Shown: positions 1 to 10,995, counted from the stretch's first letter. The stretch is 64,000 nt of DNA from an uncultured Acidimicrobiales bacterium (GCA_963773315.1 CAVZAF010000002.1:411410-475409); one strand, 5' to 3'. Notes: generated by a model from the letters alone, not told the origin. Made by a program: numbers and translations.

Positions 1-461
1 TGCAGCTGCGCGAGAAGCAGAAGGCGCGCCGCATCTACGGACTCATGGAGAAGCAGTTCCGCAAGGTCTACGCCGAGGCGAACCGTCAGCAGGGTGTGAC
101 GGGCGAGAACCTCCTTCGGCTCCTCGAGTGCCGCCTCGACAACGTCGTGTTCCGCGCCGGATGGGCAGCGAGCCGCGCGCAGGCGCGCCAGCTCGTGCGG
201 CACGGCCACGTCAAGGTCAATGGCAAGCGCGTCACCATCCCGAGCTACGAGGTGCGCAAAGGCAACGCGGTCGCGCTGGGTGACAAGGCCCGCTCGATGA
301 TCGTGATCCGCCACAATGTCGACACGCTCGATCGTCGCACCCCGCCCTGGCTCGAGATGGGCGACGGCGGCAACGAAGCCACGGTGCGAGACCTGCCGAT
401 GCGCGAGCACATCGACGTGCCCGTGCGCGAGCAGCTCATCGTCGAGCTCTATTCCAAGTAA
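1..461 (+). CDS. rpsD: 30S ribosomal protein S4, C-terminal part (5' end lies outside the window)
   Basis: The frame is open from the window start. The translation QLREKQKARRIYGLMEKQFRKVYAEANRQQGVTGENLLRLLECRLDNVVFRAGWA...IVELYSK is S4-like. It is followed by rpoA and rplQ, as in the alpha operon. Confidence 0.93.
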   Translation, partial: QLREKQKARRIYGLMEKQFRKVYAEANRQQGVTGENLLRLLECRLDNVVFRAGWAASRAQARQLVRHGHVKVNGKRVTIPSYEVRKGNAVALGDKARSMIVIRHNVDTLDRRTPPWLEMGDGGNEATVRDLPMREHIDVPVREQLIVELYSK

Positions 462-499
462 CGGCTCTCCAGCCCCCCGCTTCAAAGCAAGGAACGCCC

Positions 500-1438
500 A
501 TGCTGGTCATTCAGCGACCCACCGTCGAGACGCTCGGGGAGGCCGACGGCAACCGTCAGCGGTTTGCCGTCAGCCCGCTCGAGCCCGGCTTCGGATACAC
601 CATCGGCAACTCGCTCCGTCGCACGTTGCTTTCGTCGATCCCGGGTGCGGCGATCACGACGGTGCGCTTCGACGACGCTCTGCACGAGTTCGGCACCGTC
701 AACGGCGTCACCGAAGACGTCACCGACATCATCCTGAACCTCAAGGACATCGTGCTGCAGTCGACGTCCGACGACCCGGTCGTCGTCCGCCTCGACGTGC
801 GCGGTCCGGCCAAGGTCACCGCAGGCGACATCAAGCTGCCCTCGGAGGTCGAGATCCTCAACCCCGAGCTGCACGTCGCGACGCTGAACCAGCGCGGCCG
901 CCTCGCCGTCGACCTCACGGTCGAGCGGGGCCGCGGCTACCTGTCGGCCGAGCGTCCCGCCGGCACCTCGACGATTGGCATCATCCCGATCGACGCGATC
1001 TTCTCGCCGGTGCGCCGGGTCACCTTCAGTGTCGAGCCGACCCGCGTCGAGCAGTCGACGAACTACGACCGCCTGGTGCTCGACATCGAGACCGACGGCT
1101 CGATCACGCCGCGCGACGCGCTCGCGTCCGCCGGCGCCACGCTGCGCTCGCTGGTCGAGCTCGTCGCCGACATGAGCGAGAACGCAGTCGGGCTCGAGCT
1201 GGGCGAGATCATCGGCCCCAGCGCGGGCTCGCCTGACCTCGATCATCCGATCGAAGACCTCGACCTGTCCGAGCGCCCGCGCAACTGCCTGAAGCGCGCC
1301 CAGATCAACACGATCGGCGAGCTCGTGACCAAGAACGAGGACGACCTCCTCAACATCACGAACTTCGGCCAGAAGTCACTCGACGAGGTCAAGCAGAAGC
1401 TCGACGAGCGGGGCCTGTCGCTCCGCGGGGCGAACTAG
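500..1438 (+). CDS. rpoA: DNA-directed RNA polymerase subunit alpha
   Basis: 312-aa ORF. N-terminal domain reads RFAVSPLEPGFGYTIGNSLRRTLLSSIPGAAIT. C-terminal domain reads LDLSERPRNCLKRAQINTIGELV. Synteny is rpsD-rpoA-rplQ. Confidence 0.97.
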   Translation: MLVIQRPTVETLGEADGNRQRFAVSPLEPGFGYTIGNSLRRTLLSSIPGAAITTVRFDDALHEFGTVNGVTEDVTDIILNLKDIVLQSTSDDPVVVRLDVRGPAKVTAGDIKLPSEVEILNPELHVATLNQRGRLAVDLTVERGRGYLSAERPAGTSTIGIIPIDAIFSPVRRVTFSVEPTRVEQSTNYDRLVLDIETDGSITPRDALASAGATLRSLVELVADMSENAVGLELGEIIGPSAGSPDLDHPIEDLDLSERPRNCLKRAQINTIGELVTKNEDDLLNITNFGQKSLDEVKQKLDERGLSLRGAN

Positions 1439-1465
1439 AGCACCGAACCAGACAAGGACGAGACG

Positions 1466-1819
1466 ATGCCCGGAACTCCCCGTCGATCGCGCCGCTTCGG
1501 CGGCGACGCCGCTCACCAGCGGCTCATGATGGCCAACCTCGTCGCGTCGCTGATCGCCGCCGAGGCGATCGTCACCACTGAGGCGAAGGCCAAGGCGCTG
1601 CGCCCGGTCGCCGAGAAGATGATCACCAAGGCGAAGAAGGGCGGCCTGCATCAGCACCGTCAGCTCGTGGCGTACATCGGCGACAAGGAGATGGTGCACA
1701 AGCTGGTCACCGAGGTCGCGCCTCGATACGCCGAGCGACCAGGCGGTTACACCCGCATCCTCAAGCTCGGCCCGCGCCAGGGCGACAACGCGCCCATGGC
1801 TCGCATCGAGCTGGTGTAG
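1466..1819 (+). CDS. rplQ: 50S ribosomal protein L17
   Basis: 117-aa ORF with [22 protein letters not shown]...[25 protein letters not shown]. It lies directly after rpoA. Confidence 0.95.
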   Translation: MPGTPRRSRRFGGDAAHQRLMMANLVASLIAAEAIVTTEAKAKALRPVAEKMITKAKKGGLHQHRQLVAYIGDKEMVHKLVTEVAPRYAERPGGYTRILKLGPRQGDNAPMARIELV

Positions 1820-1836
1820 CCAGACCGAGTCCGTCC

Positions 1837-2649
1837 GTGACGCGGGTCCGCATGCGCGTCGCGTACGACGGCAGCGGGTTCGCGGGCTTTGCTCCCAATC
1901 CCGGCGTGGTGACCGTCAGCGGCACGCTGGCGGCGACCCTCGAGCGGGTCCTACGGCACCCGGTCACCCTGACCTGCGCGGGTCGCACCGACGCCGGTGT
2001 GCACGGATGGGGTCAGGTCGTCTCGTTCGACACGACGATCGAGCCCGAGGGGCTCGATCTCGCGGCGCTCCGTCGCTCGGTCAATGGCCTGTGCGGCCCT
2101 GCCGTCGTCCTGCGCGACGTCGAGCTCGCCGAGGACGACTTCGACGCTCGCTTCTCCGCGATGAGCCGCACGTACCGCTACACGGTGCTGAACCGGGCCG
2201 TGCCCGATCCGTTCCTCGCCGCGACGACGTGGCACGTGCCGACCCCGCTCGATCTCGCGGGGATGCGGCTCGCGTGTGATCCCTTCATCGGCGAGCACGA
2301 CTTCTCGTCGTTCTGCCGCAGGCTTCCGGACAAGACCCTGGTGCGCACGGTGATCGGGGCCGACTGGGACGACCTCGGAGACGACCTGCTGCGGTTCGAG
2401 ATCACCGCCAACGCCTTCTGCCAGCAGATGGTGCGAGCGATCGTGGGCACGCTCGTCGAGGTCGGTCAGGGTCGCAAGCACGCCGGGCACATCGCAGCGA
2501 TCCTCCGAGCCCGCGACCGCGCGTTTGCGGGCGGGCTGGCGCCTCCTCACGGCCTTCTGCTGTGGCGGGTCGACTACCCGGAGCCGGTGCCCGGCTGGGA
2601 CTTGCCTCCCGCCCCCGACTTCGTCGAGGCGTCCTTCGGGTCTCCCTGA
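1837..2649 (+). CDS. truA: tRNA pseudouridine(38-40) synthase
   Basis: 270-aa ORF with a GTG start. It contains the TruA motifs [12 protein letters not shown] and [18 protein letters not shown]. Confidence 0.9.
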   Translation: MTRVRMRVAYDGSGFAGFAPNPGVVTVSGTLAATLERVLRHPVTLTCAGRTDAGVHGWGQVVSFDTTIEPEGLDLAALRRSVNGLCGPAVVLRDVELAEDDFDARFSAMSRTYRYTVLNRAVPDPFLAATTWHVPTPLDLAGMRLACDPFIGEHDFSSFCRRLPDKTLVRTVIGADWDDLGDDLLRFEITANAFCQQMVRAIVGTLVEVGQGRKHAGHIAAILRARDRAFAGGLAPPHGLLLWRVDYPEPVPGWDLPPAPDFVEASFGSP

Positions 2650-2660
2650 GCCGTGCGCGG

Positions 2661-2690
2661 TTGGCAAGCGAGCCCCTCGACCCCTAGAGT
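2661..2690 (+). promoter_or_regulatory. Candidate sigma-70-type promoter upstream of rplM
   Basis: TTGGCA at 2661-2666, an 18-nt spacer, then TAGAGT at 2685-2690. It sits about 60 nt upstream of the rplM GTG. This is a pattern match only. Confidence 0.3.
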
Positions 2691-2749
2691 TGCACGGCTT
2701 TGTGGCCCACGAGGCCCGAGCGTCACCCCTGCAAGAAAAAGGTCGTTTC

Positions 2750-3200
2750 GTGCGCACGTACTCACCGAAGGCCAGCGAGATCCAGCGCGACTGGTACGTC
2801 ATCGACGCGGACGGGCTCGTCCTCGGCCGGCTGTGCACCGAGATCGCCCGCGTGCTCCGCGGCAAGCACAAGCCGATCTTCGCCCCGCACCTCGACACCG
2901 GCGACTTCGTGATCGTCGTGAACGCCGACAAGGTCGTGCTCACCTCGGGCAAGGCCGATCGCAAAGAGGTGTACCGCCACTCGCAGTATCCCGGAGGTCT
3001 CACGCGTCGAGACGTACGCGAACCTCCTCGCCCGCAAGCCTGCCGACGCGATTCGCAAGTCGGTGTGGGGGATGCTCCCGAAGGGCCCGCTCGGCCGCCA
3101 GCAGCTGCGCAAGCTGAAGGTCTATGCCGGGGCCGAGCACCCGCACGCCGCCCAGCAACCGAAGGTCCTCGAGGTCACCCACGCCCAGGCGCGGGTCTGA
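2750..3200 (+). CDS. rplM: 50S ribosomal protein L13 (one apparent frameshift near 3000-3006)
   Basis: GTG start at 2750. [27 protein letters not shown]...[10 protein letters not shown] is read in one frame. [46 protein letters not shown]...ARV-stop is read in the +1 frame and ends at 3200. Confidence 0.88.
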
Positions 3201-3222
3201 CGAGGCGTAGAGCGAGGTTCAC

Positions 3223-3615
3223 GTGTCCAAGCCGCTCATCCAGACGACCGGTCGCCGCAAGCAGGCCATCGCACGCGTGCGCCTGCGTCCCGGCAGCGGG
3301 CTGATCGTCATCAACTCCCGTCCGATCGACGCCTACTTCCCGACCGCGACGCATCGCATGGTGGTGACCGAGCCGCTTCGCCTCACGCAAACCGCCGAGG
3401 TCTACGACGTCGACGCGACGCTCGACGGTGGTGGCATCACCGGTCAAGCCGGCGCCCTACGTCTCGGCATCGCTCGTGCACTTGCCGAGCTCGACGCCGA
3501 GATGCGACCCGCGCTCAAGCGTGCGGGCCTTCTCACGCGAGATGCTCGCGAGAAGGAGAGCAAGAAGTACGGCCTGAAGAAGGCGCGCAAGGCGCCGCAG
3601 TACTCGAAGCGCTAG
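3223..3615 (+). CDS. rpsI: 30S ribosomal protein S9
   Basis: 130-aa ORF with [13 protein letters not shown]...[11 protein letters not shown]. Synteny is rplM-rpsI. Confidence 0.95.
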   Translation: MSKPLIQTTGRRKQAIARVRLRPGSGLIVINSRPIDAYFPTATHRMVVTEPLRLTQTAEVYDVDATLDGGGITGQAGALRLGIARALAELDAEMRPALKRAGLLTRDAREKESKKYGLKKARKAPQYSKR

Positions 3616-3629
3616 TCGCCCCGGGCGGC

Positions 3630-4956
3630 GTGGGCTCCGAGCCTCGCCTGCGCTTCGGCACCGACGGGGTGCGAGCGCCGGCCGACCAGTTGTCATCCGA
3701 CGAAGTGCGCGCGCTCGGGCGAGCCGCTGCGCGGGTGCTCGGCAACGATCGGTGGGTCATCGGCCGTGACACGCGCGAGTCCGGGCCTCGCATCGAGGCC
3801 GCCCTCGCGGATGGGTTCGCGGCAGAGGGCGCGGCGGTGACGTTGCTCGGCGTGCTGCCCACCCCCGCGGTCGCGTGCGCTTCGCGTGAGCTGGATGCGC
3901 CCGCTGCGGTGATCTCGGCTTCGCACAACTCCTATGCGGACAACGGCATCAAGCTCTTCGCCACGGGGGGTCGAAAGCTCGCGGACGGCGTGCAGGTCGA
4001 CATCGAGCGGGCGATGGTCGAGACAGATCGTCCTGCGTTGTCGTCAGGAAGCGTGACGAGCGACGGCACGTTCGCGTCGCGCTATGTCGATTGGCTGATC
4101 TCGACGATGGACGGGCGTCGTCTCGACGGCATCACCGTCGCGATCGACGCCGCGCACGGCGCTGCCCACGCGGTCGGCCCTCTCGTGCTCGACGCGCTCG
4201 GGGCCGATGTCGTGGCGATCAACGTCACTCCCAACGGCCGCAACATCAACGATCGATGTGGTTCGCAGCATCCGGAAGCCGTGCGTGAAGCAGTGCTCGC
4301 CGCGGGCGCAGATGTCGGGCTCGCCCTCGACGGCGACGCCGACCGGGTCTTCGCGGTCGACGCGTCGGGCGGGATCGTCGACGGCGACCAGATCATGGCG
4401 ATGTGCGCGCTCGACCTCCGAGATCGCGGCCGGCTGACTGACGACACGCTCGTCGTCACGGTGATGAGCAACCTCGGCCTGCGTCTGGCCATGCGAGGCG
4501 AGGGCATCTCGGTCGAGGAGACGCCCGTCGGTGACCGCTACGTGCTCGAGGTGCTCGACGACCGCGGGCTCAGCCTCGGCGGCGAGCAGAGCGGTCACGT
4601 GATCTTCCACGACCTCGCTCCGACCGGGGACGGCCTGCTGACCGGCATCAGGGTGCTCGACCTCGTGAAGCGCACCGGGCGGTCGCTCGCCGAGCTCGCC
4701 TCCGTCATGACCCGGCTGCCACAGGTGCTCGTGAACGTGCCCGTGCGCGGCGGCGACGGCTTGGCTGCGCAGATCGCGTCCGCGGTCGACGAAGCCGAGC
4801 GGCGCCTTGCCGGCCGCGGCCGCGTGCTCGATCCGCCCGAGCGGCACCGAGGCGCTGGTGCGGGTCATGGTCGAGGCCCCCACCCACGATGAGGCCGCCC
4901 AGGTCGCAGGCCATCTGGCCGACGTCGTGGCGAGGGCCGGCGACTCGTCCTCGTAG
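3630..4956 (+). CDS. glmM: Phosphoglucosamine mutase (one apparent 1-nt insertion at about 4830)
   Basis: FGTDGVRA and the active-site ISASHNSYADNGIK are present. The ORF derails at GRVL. Dropping the g at 4830 restores IRPSGTEALVRVMVEAPTHDEA...DSSS-stop at 4956. Confidence 0.9.
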
Positions 4957-5026
4957 ACTTTCCGTACAGGGCGGATGACCGTGCTCGATCAGGTGGGCGC
5001 TGCCACCTTGGAGGTTCAGCCAACCG

Positions 5027-8000
5027 ATGTGCGGGATCGTCGTCGTCGTCCGCCGTCCGAGCCTTCGCGCCCTGCCGTCTGTCGACGCGCTCGAGGCCGA
5101 GCTCACCGAGGTGCTCGCCGCGTTGTCGAGCGGAGGGTCGGCTGCCGCCTTGGCCGGCGCCGCGGAGAGGGTCGAAGCGATCGACCGCGAGCTGCGGGGC
5201 GTGCCCGGGTTGCGGGCGCTGCTGGCAGCCCCGACGTCGCTGACGCGGCTCGACGGCATCTGCGGTGCGCTCGATGCCCAGATTGCGACGTTCGAGCGGG
5301 CGCTCGACGAGCCCGGGCTCTCGGCGGAGAGCTTGGAGCACGCGCACGCCGCCCTCGTCCGCCTCAAGGACGCGGTGTGGTGCGTGCGGCGTGATCGGTT
5401 GCGCAACGCGCGGGCCGTCGGTGACCTCGCCGGACGCGACGCGGGCCGCGCCGCGATCGAGGCGATGGCCTCGGTGCAGGTCGCGCTGTCGTCGCTCGAT
5501 CGACTCGAGGTGCGAGGCCGTGACTCCGCGGGCCTCCACCTGATGGTGTGGGACCACGGGGTCGATGTCGCCGCGCCCGCGATGCGAGCGCTGTTCGAGC
5601 AGCGCCATGACCCGCTGTTCGGCTCGGGTTCGGTGCGCGAGCACGACGGCGTCCTCAGCTTCATCTACAAGGCCGCGGCCGAGATCGGGGAGCTGGGCGA
5701 CAACACCCGCGTCCTGCGTGAGGCGATCACGAGCGACGAGCTGTTGCGGCTCGCGTTGTCGTCCGAGCGCGCGAAGGCGACAGTGCTCGCCCACACGAGA
5801 TGGGCGTCCGTCGGGCTCATCGGCCAGCCGAACGCGCACCCGCTGAACAGCGACGAGGAGGGCCGGACCGACGACCGGACTCCTTACGTGGTGGCGGCGC
5901 TCAACGGCGACGTCGACAACCACGCCGACTTGAAGGCAGCGGAGGGCCTGCGCATCCCGGTCGAGGTCACCACTGACGCAAAGGTGATCCCGATGATGGT
6001 CGCCAGCCGAGCGGGTGAAGGCCTCGAGCCGGGTGAGGCGTTCCGGCGGGTTGTCGCGAGCTTTGAGGGATCGGTCGCGATCGCTGCGGGAATCGCCGAG
6101 TCGCCCAGCACCGTGCTGCTCGCCCAACGCGGCAGTGGTCAGGGGCTCTACGTAGGTCTCGCCGAGGACGCGTTCGTCGTCGCGAGCGAGCCCTACGGGC
6201 TCGTCGAGGAGACCGCGGAGTACGTACGGCTCGACGGCGAGACGCCGTCCGATCCCGCGAACCCGAACGCCAGCCGCGGCCAGCTGTTCGTGCTCGATGG
6301 CGACCTCGCCGGCTCGCTCGACGGCATCACCCGCCTGTCGTACGACGGCACGGTGATGCCCGTGACCCGTGACGACGTCCAGGTCGCGCAGATCACCACC
6401 CGTGACATCGACCGCGGGGCTTACCCACACTTCTTGCTGAAGGAGATGGTCGAGGCACCGGGGTCGTGGCGCAAGACGTTGCGGGGCCGGATCGGCGAGA
6501 CGGCCGACGGTCTTCTGGTCGCGTCACTCGGACCGGAGACCATCCCGACTGACGTGGCAGACCGTCTGCGCAGCGGCGCGATCGAGCGCGTGATCGTCAT
6601 CGGTCAGGGCACCGCTGCTGTCGCCGGCCAGAGCCTCGCCCTCACCCTCTCGTCGCTCACCGACGGGCTCGACCTGCGCGTCGAGGCGACGCCTGCGACC
6701 GAGCTGTCGGGGTTCGGCATGCGGCCGGACATGAGCGACACCCTCGTCGTCGCCATCAGCCAATCCGGGTCGACGACCGACACAAACCGCACCGTCGACG
6801 TCGCGCGTGCGCGGGGCGCGTCGGTGATCGCCATCGTCAACCGTCGCAACAGCGATCTCACCGAGCGCACGGACGGCGTGCTGTACACGTCCGACGGTCG
6901 CGACGTCGAGATGAGCGTTGCCTCGACCAAGGCGTTCTACGCGCAGGTCGCCGCCGGGGTCCTTCTCGCGTGCGGCATTGCCGACGTCGTCGGTGCTCCC
7001 CGCCGCGAGGCCCGCTCCGACCTGCTGCGCGGCCTCCGCGAGCTGCCCGACGCGATGCAAGCAGTGCTCGCGGAACGCGGGTCGATCGCCGAAGCCGCCC
7101 AGCGGCTCGCACCCGCCCGGCGGTACTGGGCGGTCGTCGGCAACGGGCTCAACCGCGTCGCGGCCGAGGAGGCGCGGATCAAGCTCTCCGAGCTCTGCTA
7201 CAAGTCGATCGCCTGCGACGCGACCGAAGACAAGAAGCACATCGACCTGTCCTCTGAGCCTCTGATCCTCGTGTGCGCAGCCGGCCTGTCCGGCTCGAAC
7301 GCAGACGATGTCGCGAAGGAAGTCGCGATCTACCGCGCGCACAAGGCCGCGCCGATCGTGATCGCGAGCGAAGGCGACGAGCGGTTCAACGCCGCCCAGG
7401 CCGTGATCTCGGTGCCATCGGTGCACCCGTCGCTCGCGTTCGTGCTCTCGGCGATGGCGGGTCACCTGTTCGCCTACGAGGCTGCCCTCGCCATCGACGC
7501 GCAAGCTCGCCCGTTGCGTGAGGCGCGCGCGGCGATCCAAGCGGCGGTCGAGGCCGAGGTGAGCGACGACGCGCTGCTCTGGTGGCTGACGCCGCGGCTC
7601 GAGCCCGTCGCGCGGCGCTTCCTCGACGGGCTGCGCACGAACGCCTATGACGGACACCTCGAGGCCAGCACGGCGGTGCGGGTCGCATCGCTCATGCGGT
7701 ACGCGACGACGGCCGTGCCGCTCGACGCGTATGAGATGGAGCACGGGCGTGTGGGTACGCCGAGCGCAGTCATCGAAGACCTGAGCCAGGCGCTCACCCG
7801 TGCGGTCGGGGAGCTCACGCGTCCGGTCGACGCGATCAAGCACCAGGCCAAGACGGTCACCGTCGGCATCTCCCGTTCGGACGAGACGCTGCTCGCGGTG
7901 CCGCTCGTGCAAGCGGTGCTCGACGCCGGGGCGCCCCGCGATCGCCTCGGCTACCGCGCTTTGCGCAAGCTGGGCGCGCTCGATCCCGCGATCGACGCCG

Positions 8001-8446
8001 TCATCGGGTTCACGCGGTATCGCATCGACGGCGATGCGACGGCTGACCAAGCGATCATCGCAGTCGTCGATCGTGGTGGCATCGGCCGCGACCTCGAATC
8101 GCGGACTGAGCGCAACCCGCGCCTGCGGGGCACGAAGCGTCGCGTCGCGGTCGAGCGCGAAGTGATGGCGGCACGCGGTCGGTCGGACGGGCGCACCCTC
8201 GTGTTCGTGCCCGAGGTGAAGGGCTCCGACACGACCGGCATCACCTTGTTGCACGTGCGGTGGGTGGATCGCCTGCCCGCGGCGACGGCGCGCAGCGTGC
8301 TCGAGGGGTACGGCCGGTACGGCGCGCTCGTCGACGCGGTCACCGAGACCGAGCCGACGTTCCGCGACGATCTCCTCGGCTCGATCGACGTCGTCGACCT
8401 CCTCACCGAGTCGATCCAGCGCCTCGCCGACCGCTGGCGCTCGTGA
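5027..8446 (+). CDS. Oversized GlmS-like protein: class-II (Ntn) glutamine amidotransferase, two SIS domains and a C-terminal extension
   Basis: Intact 1139-aa ORF. It starts MCGIV (Cys1 nucleophile). LEVRGRDSAGLH lies about 165 aa in. The SIS motif is VVAISQSGSTTDTNRTVDVARARGASVIAIVN. A second SIS-like block is WAVVGNGLNRVAAEEARIKLSELCYKS. A GlmS-tail-like HQAKTVTVGISR is followed by about 230 extra residues. Confidence 0.8.
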   Translation: MCGIVVVVRRPSLRALPSVDALEAELTEVLAALSSGGSAAALAGAAERVEAIDRELRGVPGLRALLAAPTSLTRLDGICGALDAQIATFERALDEPGLSAESLEHAHAALVRLKDAVWCVRRDRLRNARAVGDLAGRDAGRAAIEAMASVQVALSSLDRLEVRGRDSAGLHLMVWDHGVDVAAPAMRALFEQRHDPLFGSGSVREHDGVLSFIYKAAAEIGELGDNTRVLREAITSDELLRLALSSERAKATVLAHTRWASVGLIGQPNAHPLNSDEEGRTDDRTPYVVAALNGDVDNHADLKAAEGLRIPVEVTTDAKVIPMMVASRAGEGLEPGEAFRRVVASFEGSVAIAAGIAESPSTVLLAQRGSGQGLYVGLAEDAFVVASEPYGLVEETAEYVRLDGETPSDPANPNASRGQLFVLDGDLAGSLDGITRLSYDGTVMPVTRDDVQVAQITTRDIDRGAYPHFLLKEMVEAPGSWRKTLRGRIGETADGLLVASLGPETIPTDVADRLRSGAIERVIVIGQGTAAVAGQSLALTLSSLTDGLDLRVEATPATELSGFGMRPDMSDTLVVAISQSGSTTDTNRTVDVARARGASVIAIVNRRNSDLTERTDGVLYTSDGRDVEMSVASTKAFYAQVAAGVLLACGIADVVGAPRREARSDLLRGLRELPDAMQAVLAERGSIAEAAQRLAPARRYWAVVGNGLNRVAAEEARIKLSELCYKSIACDATEDKKHIDLSSEPLILVCAAGLSGSNADDVAKEVAIYRAHKAAPIVIASEGDERFNAAQAVISVPSVHPSLAFVLSAMAGHLFAYEAALAIDAQARPLREARAAIQAAVEAEVSDDALLWWLTPRLEPVARRFLDGLRTNAYDGHLEASTAVRVASLMRYATTAVPLDAYEMEHGRVGTPSAVIEDLSQALTRAVGELTRPVDAIKHQAKTVTVGISRSDETLLAVPLVQAVLDAGAPRDRLGYRALRKLGALDPAIDAVIGFTRYRIDGDATADQAIIAVVDRGGIGRDLESRTERNPRLRGTKRRVAVEREVMAARGRSDGRTLVFVPEVKGSDTTGITLLHVRWVDRLPAATARSVLEGYGRYGALVDAVTETEPTFRDDLLGSIDVVDLLTESIQRLADRWRS

Positions 8447-8464
8447 TCTCTTCGTGATCCGTTC

Positions 8465-8830
8465 GTGATCGGGGTCGGGATCGACGCGGTGGAGATCGAC
8501 CGCTTTCGGCTCGCCCTGCAGCGCACGCCGCGGCTCTCCGAGCGGCTCTTTTCCGACGCCGAGCGCGCCTATGCAGCACGTCGCAACGACCCGACCGAGC
8601 GGCTCGCGGCGCGCTTCGCGGCGAAGGAAGCGGTGATGAAGGCGATGGGCGTCGGGCTCTGGAAGTTCAACTTCCGCGACGTCGAGGTGGTGCGAGGACC
8701 GCTCGGCGCACCCGCCGTGAAGCTCGTCGGGAAGGCGGCCGCCCTGGCTGTCGAACGGGGGATCACCGAGTGGAAGCTGTCGTTGACGCACACGGAGCGC
8801 TCTGCGCAGGCGATCGCGATCGCTCTGTAG
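8465..8830 (+). CDS. acpS: Holo-[acyl-carrier-protein] synthase
   Basis: 121-aa ORF with IGVGIDAVEIDRF...AAKEAVMKAMG...SLTHTERSAQAIAI. Confidence 0.85.
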   Translation: MIGVGIDAVEIDRFRLALQRTPRLSERLFSDAERAYAARRNDPTERLAARFAAKEAVMKAMGVGLWKFNFRDVEVVRGPLGAPAVKLVGKAAALAVERGITEWKLSLTHTERSAQAIAIAL

Positions 8831-9586
8831 TCAGACTGCTTCGAACACGAGGAGGTCGTGCTGCGCGCGTCGCGTGCGAGGCCGTGTCTGGTCGGGCAGG
8901 CGCCGCAACGCGTCGATCGCGGGCACTACGACGCGTTGCCAGTCGGCCTCGCCGAGGTCGAGCAGGATGCCGAAGTTGCGGCGCTCGATGCGCTCGATGA
9001 TCTCTGTGGGCGATTCGTCCCAGCTCTGAGGCGGGGTCGTGTGACGAGCAAGGAGTCGGAACCCGGCCGCCTCCGCGAGCGCGACGAGCCGATCGGCAGC
9101 GTCGGGCCGCACTCCGTGCACCACCGCGTTGAAGTCGACGGCGACCTCGTCGATGTCATCGGGCTCGTGGATCGCCCGGGACGGGACCACGATGAATCGA
9201 CCCTCGTCGGCGATCGCTCGCCGGGCCTCGCTCATGGTCTGCTCGACGCTCGCCACGAGCTGGAACACCCACACAGCGACGATGTTCGTGACCGACGCGG
9301 TCGCGATCGGCAGCGCCATGACGTCGCCGAGCGCGATGCGAGCGCCGAGTCGGTCGTGCGCGACGGCCAACATCTTCGGCGAGAGGTCGACCCCGACCAC
9401 GGCGTGACCAGCCTCGACGAGGGGCAGGGCCACGGCGCCGGTGCCGACCCCGATCTCGAGCACGACGCCGGGTCTGAGATGCGGTGCGATCGCCCGTGCG
9501 TAGGCCCCGCCTCGCTGGAGCCCACCGCGACTCTCGTCGTACACCGCTGCGAGGCGGTCGAAGTTGATCGAACCGCGGTCGCTCAC
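8831..9586 (-). CDS. Class I SAM-dependent methyltransferase
   Basis: 251-aa ORF with the SAM-binding motif VLEIGVGTGAVALPL...VVGVDLSPKML. Confidence 0.8.
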   Translation of the reverse strand: MSDRGSINFDRLAAVYDESRGGLQRGGAYARAIAPHLRPGVVLEIGVGTGAVALPLVEAGHAVVGVDLSPKMLAVAHDRLGARIALGDVMALPIATASVTNIVAVWVFQLVASVEQTMSEARRAIADEGRFIVVPSRAIHEPDDIDEVAVDFNAVVHGVRPDAADRLVALAEAAGFRLLARHTTPPQSWDESPTEIIERIERRNFGILLDLGEADWQRVVVPAIDALRRLPDQTRPRTRRAQHDLLVFEAV

Positions 9587-9614
9587 GGCGACAGCCTGGC
9601 ATCATCGATGGCAG

Positions 9615-10995
9615 ATGATCCCCATCGTGACGCCGGCGGAGATGGCCGCGATCGATGCCGCCGCGTCCGAGCCGGTCGAGGTGCTGATCGGACGAGCCGG
9701 AGCGGCGGTCGCCCGCGCGGCGATCGACATGCTCGGCGGCACCTATGGCCGGCGTGTCGTCGTGCTCGCGGGCAAGGGCAACAACGGCAACGACGGACGA
9801 GACGCGGCGCGCAGGTTGCGACGGCGAGGGGTGCGAGTCGCCGAGGCCGATGCCCACGGCGCGCCCAGCGCACTGCCTCCCGCTGATCTCGTGATCGATG
9901 CCGCGTTTGGCACCGGGTTCAGGGGATCGTGGCGAGCGCCAGACGTGTCTGCACCCGTGCTCGCGGTCGACATCCCGAGTGGTGTCGACGGGCTCACGGG
10001 GCTGGCTTCCGAGCGGGTGCTCGCGGCCGAGCGGACCGTCACGTTCGCCGCGTTGAAGCCGGGCCTGCTGCTTGGCAGCGGCCGCGAGCTCGCGGGTGAG
10101 ATCGAGGTCGTCGACATCGGCCTCGACGTCAGCGCAGCCTCCGCCTGGTTGGTCACCGAAGAGGACGTGACCGCGCTCCTTCCGCAGCGGTCAATCGACG
10201 CGCACAAGTGGAAGGCGGCGGTGTGGATCGCCGCCGGCTCTCCCGGCATGACGGGAGCGGCGCATCTCTCGGCGCGGGGCGCGCAACGCGCGGGCGCGGG
10301 CTACGTCCGGCTCGGCACGCCTGGTGTCGATCACGACGCGCGGGCTCCGGAGGAGGTCGTCGGGCACGCGCTCAGCCAGACCGGTTGGGCGCGTGAGGTG
10401 CTCGGCGACCTGGCTCGATTTCGCCGCGCTCGTCGTCGGACCGGGCCTCGGCCGCGAGGTCGCGACGCTCCACGAGGTCGTCGAGCTGCTCGAGTCCGCG
10501 CCGATCCCGATCGTCCTCGACGGTGACGGCTTGCACGCAGTGCCCGAGAACCCGGCAGTAGCCCGCGACCGCGCCTGGCCGCTCGTGCTCACGCCCCACG
10601 ACGGGGAGTACGAGGCCCTCGCGGGGCATCCCCCTGAGGCCGATCGCCTCGAGGCGGCGCGGACGCTGGCGCGCGACCTACGCGCGGTCGTCCTCCTGAA
10701 GGGGTCGGCCACCGTCATCGCGGACGAGACGGGGCGCGTGCTCGTCGCCGATGAGGGTGACCCGCGCCTCGCGACCGCCGGCACGGGTGACGTGCTCTCC
10801 GGGATCATCGGCGCATTCGTCGCTCGCGGCATGCCTGCCCTCGAGGCCGCGGCGGCCGGTGCCTTCGTGCACGGCCACGCGGGGAACCTAGGCTGGCCTG
10901 ACGGGCTCGTTGCTGGCGACCTGCCCGATCTCGTCCCCGCCGTCCTCGATCTGCTGGACCCCGCAAGGAGCCTCGATGCCGACCTCCGTCCGTGA
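9615..10995 (+). CDS. nnr: Bifunctional NAD(P)H-hydrate repair enzyme (epimerase/dehydratase), one apparent frameshift near 10415
   Basis: The N-terminal YjeF_N part reads MIPIVTPAEMAAIDAAA...VVLAGKGNNGNDG. The C-terminal kinase-like part reads ALVVGPGLGRE...LTPHDGEYEAL...ATAGTGDVLSGIIGA and sits in a second frame. Confidence 0.85.

Noticed and set aside
6524-8791. Very long ORFs antisense to conserved genes: 6524-8791(-) of 755 aa, 4865-6430(-), 10805-12127(-), 15761-17353(-), 17675-19117(-), 23822-25102(+) out of frame, and others in the ORF track.
   Set aside because: They mirror well-supported genes on the other strand or frame. They are Arg/Pro/Gly/Ala-rich low-complexity translations typical of stop-codon-poor high-GC DNA, and they have no recognisable motifs.
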